A stretch of DNA of 64,000 bases, taken from assembly GCA_030141605.1 (NCBI GenBank), contig JAQGDQ010000610.1, positions 64,639 through 128,638 on the forward strand, in the 5' to 3' direction. This document shows positions 42,401 through 54,400 of this stretch, one piece after another (position 1 is the stretch's first letter; each line of letters opens with the position of its first letter). The notes beneath the pieces are model-generated. The model was not told where the DNA came from and searched no databases. It saw nothing but the letters and a program-made list of their open reading frames with translations. This DNA is from Tubiluchus corallicola (lineage: Eukaryota; Animalia; Priapulida). The position numbers were made by a program, and so were the translations under genes.

Positions 42401-45400
42401 ACTGTATTTAATTATCAGCAACACTTTGGCATTATTATAGGTGTTAAAGCATATATAAGTTTTAACATACTTCAAATTGGGGTAGAACATGAAAATCACC
42501 TGAACACGAAAATCACCTTTTTTTCTTCAAGCCTTTTCCCGAGCCAAATGGAGTACTATATCTGTTAATACGGTTTTCGTAAGTCGAGGTTCCTCTGCAC
42601 CTCATACCTGAGGTTGACCGTATCTTCATATCGCATTAATTAAACTCGTCTACTAAAACCAAGAACCACTTACAGTAATTTCGATCCACTCTCTCCTGAA
42701 AGCTGTGTGTAACTTCTCTTTATCCAGCTCTTTAGCTATGGTGATTCTGCCATCGTTAGGATCTATGCTAAAATAACTCATCAAATCTTCGTCTGCGAAT
42801 ACAATGAGAACATATTAAAAACAACACGTGATGTGTACAAAACAAATTAACTCTTTACCTGCATTAGAAGCTTATTGTGGAAGTTGGAATTGTACATTTT
42901 AGTTAGGTGCTGGCATCTATGTGCCAATCCTGTTACATTCTACCAGCTGACTTACCTTCAGTATAATTGTATGGTCCAGTGAATGCATACACACTGGTCC
43001 TCTCCCTATCTAATATTAATGGTTGTTGTGAAGCGTGTGCAACTCTGCATAGATCAAGTTCTATACCTACATACTGGCTGTGAAACAGGTTTTACTGACT
43101 GTTTTTGCTTTTCTAGTTTTTGCTCAATGCTCAGTGCAGCAGTTTTGCTATGCATGTTTTCTGTAGTTCAATAAACAGTTTTCTGTTGTGTGCAGTGCAA
43201 ATATTTATTATAGATATTATAGTCTAAACTCAATCATAACAAAGTGACTGAACAACAACTTCAAAATGACTTTCACACTTATATTGTCAGACTCAAGATA
43301 TACTTGCTGTCTAGTAGCATGCTTTGGATTAAATTACTTCCCACGGATCAGCGACAACGTTGTGAACGTTTCGACTGTTCAATTGTTTCACTCTTTGTTT
43401 TTTTAGTTTTTGTTTTACATTACTAAATTATTATATGTGTACTCGCATAGCAAAATCTTCCATATGTCGGCAATTAAGCTTTTCTAATTATTCACATATC
43501 TTGAATCTCCATTTCATGTGGATCATTTTGATACCAAGTTCATCACTCTATGTTACTTGTAAGCTGAGATAATCCACGTTGAAGTTGAGGTGCAGGCTGC
43601 GCACTGAAAAACACAACCTCGAAAAATTCGCTGTTAAAGTTAGCCATTGCTTTTCGTCGCGTTTCTACAAAACACTTAGCAACTGCACAAATGTTGATTG
43701 CTATGGACTTTGCAAGAGCACATTGAAGTTATGTCTAAATCCAGTAGGTGGCTCTTCCTGACGAAGAAGATTTGGCCTTGGAAACAGAGAAAACCCGAAG
43801 CAAAATGACTGCTTCTACGAGCTACTATCGGAGTTTGAAAATACAAGTTTTTTTACAATTGCAGTACTAGTTTCTAGGAAGAAAAGTGGGTATGGGGTTA
43901 TAAAATTAAATTTTTAGTATTTTTGAACATTTTCTTGATAATTTGATGCCAGAATATAAAAGTCGTTCAGTATATTTAGCATTTGTTTTTGAAAAAAACA
44001 AAAAATTGATATATGAGCAAATTTTTGGTGTATTCTAGTTTCAAGTACCATAACGTAGTTTTAACTATGCCGACTTGTGAACGGTTTTGTTTTGCAAGCA
44101 CAAATAATCGATTATCATCATGCTGTGTCTTTTTGTACAGTATGAAGCCACAAGTTATCACAAGTTCTGAAAATTGTCATATGAATTACAAACATAGCAC
44201 TTCGTCGCATCTTGATAACTTTACAGTTGCAATAAAACAGTCAGCTGCCTTGTTTAGTCTGGGATAGTTTACTGGTCAAGGCGTTAGACATTACCTGGCT
44301 CAACAGAGACAAAACTGTATGAGTAGTCAAGGCGTCTAGACATTATCTGGCTCAGCAGAGACAAAACTGCATAAGTAGTCAAGGCGTCTAGACATTACCT
44401 GGCTCAGTACAAACAATACTGTACGAGTAGTCAAGGCATCTAGACATTACCTGGCTCAGCAGAGACAATACTGCATGAGTAGTCAACGCGTCTAGACATT
44501 ACCTGGCTCAGCACAAACAATACTGCATAAGTAGTCAAGGCGTCTAGACATTACCTGGCTCAGCAGAGGCAATACTGCATAAGTAGTCAAGGCGTCTAGA
44601 CATTACCTGGTTCAGCACAAACAATACTGTACGAGTAGTCAAGGCGTCTAGACATTACCTGGCTCAGCAGAGGCAATACTGCATAAGTAGTCAAGGCGTC
44701 TAGACATTACCTGGCTCAGCACAAACAATACTGTACGAGTAGTCAAGGCGTCTAGACATTACCTGGCTCAGCAGAGACAATACTGCATAAGTAGTCAAGG
44801 CGTCTAGACATTACCTGGCTCAGCACAAACAATACTGCATGAGTAGTCAACACGTCTAGACATTACCTGGCTCAGCACAAACAATACTGTACGAGTAGTC
44901 AAGGCGTCTAGACATTACCTGGCTCAGTACAAACAATACTGTACGAGTAGTCAAGGCGTCTAGACATTACCTGGCTCAGCAAAGACAATACTGCATAATT
45001 AGTCAACGCGTCTAGACATTGCCTGGTTCAGCACAAACAATACTGTACAAGTAGTTAAGGCGTCTAGACATTACCAGCTCAGCAAAGACAATACTGTACA
45101 AGTAGTCAAGGCGTCTAGACATTACCTGGCTCAGCACAAACAATACTGTACAAGTAGTCAAGGCGTCTAGACATTACCAGGCTCAGCAAAGACAATACTG
45201 TACAAGTAGTCAAGGCGTCTAGACATTACCTGGCTCAGCACAAACAACACTGTACAAGTAGTCAAGGCGTCTAGACATTACCTGGCTCAGCAGAAACAAT
45301 ACTTTACAAGTAGTCAAGGCGTCTAGACATTACCTGGCTCAGCACAAACAACACTGTACAAGTAGTCAAGGTGTCTAGACATTACCTGGCTCAGCAGAAA

Positions 45401-48400
45401 CAATGCTGTACACAAGTGGAAGAGGGTGGCCGGTATCTTGGTCATTAGCTTTGACTTTGAAAAACTCAGTTCCCTACGAAGAAATTTGATTATATAATGA
45501 TGTAGCATATACCAACACACATGCACACATAGGTTTACTTGCACTAGGCATTGTGATAAAGATGTACAGCAGCTGCACAAAATAATAATTATGCAAAAGT
45601 AATTAAGAAAACGAATCGAAATCATTCTGCTTTTCACTAAATATGAAGTAACGTGCCGCGCGCATACACGTCTTCTTACCTATCGAAATTGGTTTCGTCA
45701 AAAATTTGGTCACGTGACCAACTGACCACATAGTAGACATTATTACCTCGCATGCAATTCAAGTTGAAACGATAAGTAATTTGTGAATTGCTTAACTACA
45801 TGACTGTGGATGTCAAAATGCTGATAAACCATTGTGGTTTATTTTGCAAACGGTTATTACCTATTGAAAGCATGTAATGAGTTGAAGAAAAAAAGAAAAT
45901 GCCGAAAAATTGTTGACTAGTTTGGATTTGAACCAGAGACCTGAGATTAGTGCTCTCTTGCTGTGCCAGATGAGCTACCAGTTCAACAAAACAGAGCAGG
46001 TCCGAGATTTCCTCCTTGTAGCACAGAATCCACCTGTACTCATCACAGTAGGGCGATACTTGTGGCATTAACAACTTCTCGAATTAGTAAAATAAACCGC
46101 AATGGTCTGTGAACATTCTGGGATTCTGTGGCAGATGAGCTACCAGTTCACCAAACAGAGCAGGTGCGAGATTTCCTCCTTGTAGCACAGAATCCACTCC
46201 ACATTCTGGGATTCACAGTCATCTAGTTAATGATGTCGTTAATTGCCAGCTAATTTGAAAAAAGGTTGATACCATTTGTGAATTGTCTTTCATTGTTTTT
46301 TTGCAAATCATAAGTGCCTAAGCTCCGCGAGACCACAAGTAAGTGGCAAAGCTCAGGGAGACCACAAGTAAGTGCCAAAGCTCCGGGAGACCACAAATAA
46401 GTGCCAAAGCTCAGGGAGACCATATGTAAGTGCCAAAGCTCCGGGAGACCACACATAAGTGCCAAAGCTCCGGGGAGACCACGTGTAAGTGCCAAAGCTC
46501 AGAGAGACCACACATAAGTGCCAAAGCTCCGAGGAGACAACACATAAGTGCCAAAGCTCCGGGGAGACCACACATAAGTGCCAAAGCTCAGGGAGACCAC
46601 ATGTAAGTGCCAAAGCTCCGGGGAGACCAAACATAAGTGCCAAAGCTCAGGGAGACCACACATAAGTGCCAAAGCTCCAGGGAGACCACATATAAGTGCC
46701 AAAGCCCCAGGGAGACCACACATAAGTGCCAAAGCTCAGGGAGACCACAAATAAGTGCCAAAGCTCCGGGAAGACCACACATAAGTGGCAAAGCTCCGGG
46801 GAGACCACATATAAGTGCCAAAGCTCCAGGGAGACCACACGTAAGTGCCAAAGCTCCGGGGAGATTAAATATAAGTGCCAAAGCTCCGAGGAGACAACAC
46901 ATAAGTGCCAAAGCTCCTGGGAGACCACACATAAGTGACAAAGCTCTGGGGAGACCACACATAAGTGACAAAGCTCCGGGGAGACCACACATAAGTGCCA
47001 AAGCTCAGGGAAACCACACGTAAGTGCCAAAGCTCCGGGGAGACCACATATAAGTGCCAAAGCTCCAGGGAGACCACACATAAGTGCCAAAGCTCCAGGG
47101 AGACCACATATAAGTGCCAAAGCTCCAGGGAGACTACACGTAAGTGCCAAAGCTCAGGGAGACCACAAATAAGTGCCAAAGCTCCGGGAAGACCACACAT
47201 AAGTGGCAAAGCTCCGGGGAGACCACATATAAGTGCCAAAGCTCCAGGGAGACCACACGTAAGTGCCACAGCTCCGGGGAGACCACACATAAGTCACAAA
47301 GCTCCTGGGAGACCACACATAAGTGACAAAGCTCCGGGGAGACCATATGTAAGTGCCAAAGCTCCGGGGAAACCACAAATAAGTGCCAAAGCTCCAGGGA
47401 GACCACACGTAAGTGCCAAAGCTCCGGGGAGACCACACATAAGTCACAAAGCTCCTGGGAGATCACACATAAGTGACAAAGCTCCGGGGAGACCACATGT
47501 AAGTGCCAAAGCTTCAAAGAGACCACATGTAAGTGCCAAAGCTCTGGAAAGACCACATGTAAGTACCAAAGCTCCGGGGAGACCACATGTTGGTGCCAAA
47601 GCTCAGGGAGACCACATATAAGTGCCAAAGCTTCAGGGAGACCAAATGTTAACTGCCAAAGCTCCGGGAAGACCACACATAAGTGCCTAAATATCTTTGT
47701 TGCAACTGCGGTAGTTAAGTAAGGTTATTTCGCTATTATTTTTTGCTTAATCACGATGGAAAATAATGCAAGCTAATTTACTAATTATTATTATTATTAC
47801 ATGAAATTTATATAGCACCCAAAAGATATAAAAATGCTCAGGTGCACTTTACAACCAAAGATCTTACAAAACCTAAAACTAATCACAAACCTATGCACAC
47901 TATAAAGAAATGGCCTTGAAAATTCAAGTAAAAAAATCAATACAAAATCTAGTTAGTAGGAAAATGCAAGTCAAAAAGTAAAATCCAATTCAATGCACAT
48001 GTTCTAATTTAAAAAGACGTGCCTTGAGCAATTTTTCAAATATAGTTATAGTAACCTTGATCAAACTTATATTTTTCGTAAAAAATCTCACAGCTGTAAT
48101 TCGTTATTGCAATTAAAATAATAATTAAACACATTTGGATACTAATGGAGTTTAATGTAACACACCAAATCTAATTTAACTGGTTCCAGTTCATTAAATA
48201 TATGTATAAAATTATTCAGTTCAACAGGTACTGGAAGAATCAGGCTGAAAAATTAGGGTTGAGCATCGAGCATTCAAATTCGATTCAAATTTTTTTTAGC
48301 CTTACTCAAGGTTCAATTTACGAACTGAGAGTTACCAGCCGCAGCAGTTACGGTATATTTTCTCACACAACTGAATAGCGATGAGCACAGCATGCTGAAT

Positions 48401-51400
48401 TCGATTTGGACTAGCATTCAAAATGCGTTCTTTATCATTAAAATGTGTAGTTTGAAACAGCATGCAGATTTTAGACAAATTATTAGTGTTTTTAGTGCTG
48501 AATAAAATCAAATAATAGGTATGACCTTTGTCAGACTGCTTTTTATAAGGGATTCGAAATTTTCAAAACTGAATTCCGATGAGAATGCTCACCGCTATTG
48601 ATAATGTGACTCGAATTTTCAGCCAAAAAATCTTCCGACCGAGCGACAGCGGTCAGAGGATGCCACAATTTCATTTACCACAGCCATGTGCTCCTCTACT
48701 TCTGTTAAATAAGGCAAGTCTGAAAACCACGGTGGCTTGTTTGGGATGTCTTTCACGTAGACGTACACTGTGAGTGGAGTCTCGTTACAATCTCTGCCCC
48801 CTGGTGTGTAGTCTTTGCAATACTGTTCGTCCTTACCGCCATCCTGCAAAATGCATTGTGCTCAACGGTGCAAATTCTATGCTGCTATCTAAGAATTTCA
48901 AATATAAAAATTTCACATGCAAGTTACGTATGTATATTACTAAGTATATTACGTATGTATATTACTAAGTATATTACGTATGTACATTACTAAGTATATT
49001 GTGTATGTATATTACTAAGTATATTGCGTATGTATATTACCAAGTATATTACGTATGTACATTACTAAGTATATTACCAAGTATATTACGTATGTATATT
49101 ACTAAGCATATTACTAAGTATATTACATATGTATATTACTAAGTATATTACGTATGTATATTACTAAGTATATTGCGTATGTATATTACTAAGTATATTA
49201 CTAAGTATATTGCGTATGTATATTACTAAGTATATTACTAAGTATATTGCGTATGTATATTACTAAGTATATTACTAAGAATATTACGTATGTACATTAC
49301 TAAGTATATTACTAAGAATATTACGTATGTATATTACTAAGTATATTACGTATGTATATTACTAAGAATATTACGTATGTATATTACTAAATATATTACT
49401 AAGTATATTACGTATGTATATTACTAAGTATATTACGTATGTACATTACTATTACATATGCATATTACGAAGAACATGAGAAAATTTTAAAACCCAAAAT
49501 GTTGCTGAAGAAACTCTGCATCAACTGAGAGAATCAGATTTTCGATCTGCCATTTTGAATTCAAGATGCTGGCGATAACGCCATTTTATAAGAGTTGTCC
49601 CTATGCTGGTATGTAAGGCTTTCAAATGTGAAAATTTCACATGCAAATTACGTATGTATATTACTAAGTATATTACGTATGTACATTACTATTACGTATG
49701 TGTATTACTAAGAACATGAGAAAATTTTGAAACCGAAAAATGTTGCTGAAGAAACTCTGCATCGACTGAGAGAATCAGATTTTCGATCTGCCCTTTTATA
49801 TTCAAGATGCTGGCGATAACGTTACTTTATAATAAATTTCATGAAGATCATTTTGATACCAAGCTTATAGCTCTATGATATTTCTAAGCTGAGATAATCC
49901 GTGTTGAAGTTGAGGTGCAAACTACGCACTGAAAAACTTAATCTTGAGAAAATCATTGTTAAAGTTAGTCATTGTTTTTTTTTACACATTTCTACAAAAG
50001 ACTTAACAACCTTACAAATGGACATTGCAAGAACACATAGATGGCCCTTTCTGACAAAGATCAGGGCTAGGCATCAAAAAATGGAAACAAAACGGCTTCT
50101 TCCAGCTAATTTCGGAGTTTGAAAATTTAGTAGGAAGTTTTTTACGATTGCATTACTATAGTTTCTAGCCAGAAAAATGGGTACTGGGTTATAAAGTTAG
50201 ATTTTTCAGAATTTTTAACATTTTCTTGATAATTTGATGCCAGAACATAAAAGCTCAATATATTACGTGTGTGTTTTTATAACACCAAAAAATGACATTT
50301 CACTAAATTTTTGGTGCATTCTACTTTGAAGCAATCATAACGTAGTTTTAACTATGCCGACTTGTGGACGGTTTTGGTTTACAAGCACACAAATGGTTTT
50401 ATACTGTTATTCATTGTTTCTGTACCCCCCTAGCAAAAGGTTATACACCACGCAGCATTACAAAAAATAATTTGATTATTTACGTGTCTCGCTGCAAGTT
50501 CATATCATCATCCAATGAATCACATGTCCAGTGACATGATTCTGCTCACCTCCCTATGCCAGGACCCCTGCTCGCCGCAATACCCCAAGTACATTTATTT
50601 CTAAGGATCAATGTTGAAGTGTTTAAATCTTTCTGCGTAAAATCTAAATATGTTAACAACGCTGCAAGTTGGTGCATCTAGAACTGCAAGTTTCAATCTC
50701 TGTCAGATTTGATGATTTCTTTCTTGCGTCAGCAAACATCACAATAAATTACCTTTGCAATGGCAGCAACCTCGAGGATGGAATTCTCTTGATAATCCAA
50801 CTGTTTGTTAAGATAAACAATGAAGTCGCCGCTGAAGGTGGTATAATTCCCCACGAAATATCCCGCGTTGAGGGTCTGAAAAGTTACAAGGAACTTGATA
50901 AAGTTGATTTTGTTAAAGGAAAACCGGATGATTGTGTAAACACGAGTTCAGAATAAAGTATGCTCTAAAATATTGAAAACTACAATAGCTTTTTTTAAAT
51001 CAAAGCTTAGATTAAATAATAATTACCTCGGATACTCAAATTTCGTTAAATTTTCAAAGCTACGCGCGGCTCAGTGAATCTACTAAAATTGGCAGCGGCG
51101 CCTTTTTGTCACGTGCGCGGGGCCGTCAAATAGAAGGCGGTACCGTGATAACCATGATCATAAACTGCAGTGTTAGTTTCATGACGTCAATTTAAACTGA
51201 TGTAAGCTGGTGGTTTTTCAGCTGATGACTAATTTATTAGTACTTTTACAGCAGAACTTAATCAAGTAATATGTATGACCTTGATGAGACTTCTTTTCAT
51301 TAATGATTCGAAAATTTATTTGAATTTTATTTGAATCTAAAACTGAATTTGATTTGGATTTGAAATCTTGAAATTTGCCTTGATTCGAGTTTGAGGGTCA

Positions 51401-54400
51401 AAAAAATAATTCAGTCAGAATTCGCTTTCTGTATCTCACCCCAAATGGGCACTGTCAAAAGAACAGAACGCCACCTACCGATTCGGCCAGAAAATAATGC
51501 ACCATAGAGCCTTTATAGTAATCTATGTCTGTTGCGCGAGCCTGAAATACCAACGTTCCCACAGGATCTGCCTGAAAACCATTCATTTAATGCACATTAC
51601 AGACATAAGCATGTTATGATGAATGCTTTAAAGGACAGGAAAATGGCCAACCGAAGTAAGCCTCAGAAAATTCACAATAAAAAATTATATCACCTACGTA
51701 TAATCTTAAGTGAATAAAGTACTCACGTTTTCGCATTTACTTCAATTTATTGTAAAATATTTCAACCGCTGCAGTGAACGATGGCGCATACATGTTTCAT
51801 TTACTCCACCAATTGAAAAGCCAGCAAGTGATTGATCACGTGGCATGACATCACTGGAACACAGTCGCAGTGAGTTCTGAGCACGTGTACTATAAAGATT
51901 TGTGTTGTGGTCCTGTGACGCCATCTAACATGGCGCCACCGTGACAGTCTCGCGGGAGTATTTAAAATGAAAACAAACAGGAAATTCTTTAAACGTGAGT
52001 ATGATAAACGCTTAAGATTGCCTCTAACCGTTATAATTCTTTAGCGGAAATTTTCCGAGACTTGCTTTAACTAGGCCCTTTCTTGTTCTTTAAACCTGTT
52101 TATTTTATTTTTTTATTTAATTTATAATACATCTATGAATTGAAGTCAAGAGACTTATATGTCCATTAAAAACATCGTAAAATATATCGACAACGTATAG
52201 AAAGTAAAATTACAGGTAAAAGTAAAGAATACATGCTACATGGTTAGTAGAATATAAACGCACAAGTAGGTGCAAATAAATTAAAAGTGCAGATAAAAAG
52301 ATTAAAACTTGATTAGTATGAAAAAATTGTATAATTACGGTCAAAAATTTACATCTTACATCATTTACCAGATCACACATTTCTAATAAATATTTTTCTA
52401 AATGTTTCTTAAATTTATTTATATTACCGGCTTAATTTTATTTTACTGGGTAAATTATTCCACATCACAGCACCATTATACATGACAGAATGTTTCATAA
52501 TGTTGGTTCCGCACATACGAATATGGAATTTGAAAACACTATTTACGAAAAAAGCTTAAAAAAGTTGAAATTTTATATCAGCTACATGCCGTCTTATTGC
52601 ATACAGAGCTCGTGTTGACAGCAACAGTAACGCTGTATAAAACTTGAAAATTTGAACTCCCGTGATGACCGTTAGGCTGCAGCCATTTTAATAGTAAATC
52701 ATTTGAAACAAGTTTAGATTGCATTGAAAAAATTTGAAAAAATAATCGGAACATTTCATTAATCAAGCGGAAATATAAATTACTTTATATCCTTGGTTCC
52801 CAATCCGGGGTACTAGTACCTCGTGGGGGTACCAGCAAACACCACAAAGGGTACCTCAGAAACCTCTTAGACAATTTTAAAATAGTAGTGTTATATAATA
52901 ATCGGTGGGTGATTCAGACATCTCTGTTCACTGTGCCAACATTCATGGTTTTTAGTCAAGCTTTTGACCAATGTCCATTGCAAAGCTTTCTGTGGACTTT
53001 TTCCTGTGTGAAGCAGGCTTTTCAATGTTGGTGACAATCAAGACAAAAGCCTGAAACCGTTTTGACATGATTATCCTATAGACTAGTATAGGCTCCAGTC
53101 TGGAGCCCCTCAAGCTTTGTAATGTTCCCTAAAGAATTTGCAATACGTTCACTTCAAGCTACGTAAATGTTGCTAAAATACAGTCAACCTCGGATATAAG
53201 GGACACTTCAGGACCAGAAAAAAACGTCCCTTATATCCGATGTCCCTTATAACCGAAGCTGAGTCAGACCGAGGGTGTATCTAGACCTGTACTTTTACCC
53301 ATATTTTTATGGATTATTGCTACACAATCAGTGCAAAGCAAACAGTAAGTAGGAAGCTCCTTCAGTGATGTGAGATGTGTGTGACATCGAAAACCAAGCT
53401 GTTCGAAGGCCGAGTTTGCGAAAAATTGAGGTCAAAAATCGATCAATTTCGCTTTGATCATAGGGTCCCTTATATGCGAGGTAATTGACCTGGATTTCTA
53501 TTGCGTGGGACCTGAAGATATCATCCCTGATAACCGAAAGTCCTTTATATCTAAGTACCTTATATACGAAGATTTTTACACGGGAAAAATGTTACGAAAA
53601 ATCGGGACCGCTGTTGCTGGTCACTTATAAGCAAGTACCTTATACCCGAGGTTGACTGTATATCATGAGTAAAAGTGATTCAAGACCAATGCGAGCAAGT
53701 TAGAAGGTGGTTCCGTCTGAGGGGGCCCCATAATTTCATTACCCAAGGGGCCCAAAAGGTCATAATTCAGCCCTGTGTACAGCGTATGATTTGAAGTAAA
53801 TCACAAAACATACTTAGCACAAAAAGTGTTGACAAGACCACACCCCAAAATTAAACATTAGTGTACCTCACTAAGTTCGATTCTGCCGCTGGGTACAACT
53901 GATTGCCAAACAGGTGCATTGTTGTTAATATCCTTTACACGTAAAGAAGTAGTAAATTCAGCCTGAAAAATAGAAAATTTTTTGCCAATTGAATACAGTC
54001 AACACTCGTCAAACCGGACTAATGGGGGGGGGGGGGGTCCGGTTTAGCCGATTGTCCGATATGCCTATATATGGTCTATATTATACAGAAATAATCACCT
54101 TAATAAGGCCTATATACATTGCACTATATACTGTGCACTATATACTATACTGTATATTACTTTAAAATAGTTAACCTGTGAGGATAAAGAAACTAGCGAG
54201 TGCTTTCGATGGGGTAAGCAAACTGAATTTTGGCGGGAATCGTAGCAGCCTGGGCGGCACCGCGAAGCGCTTCCGCCCCTCAATGGCTCGTGGTGAGTTG
54301 GTAGGCCGTGTGTTTAGCACTCCGGCTCGGTTGGAAATCAGTCAGTTTCCTTTACCACGGATGACGTCCATCTTATCCGATATCCGGGCTAACGGTGTCC

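Noticed and set aside
42956-43065. Possible extra cadherin exon (…LILDRERTSVYAF…, gtaagt donor)
   Set aside because: The phase-compatible acceptor lacks a pyrimidine tract, and exons 8 and 9 already join into a complete EC3.
45915-45982. tRNA gene (also 57510-57600)
   Set aside because: Only A/B-box-like motifs; no coherent acceptor or anticodon stems.
46309-47688. CRISPR-like array, or repeat-protein ORFs on both strands
   Set aside because: Units are contiguous with no unique spacers, there are no cas genes and the context is a eukaryotic intron; 29-bp units repeatedly shift the frames, so the ORFs are by-products.
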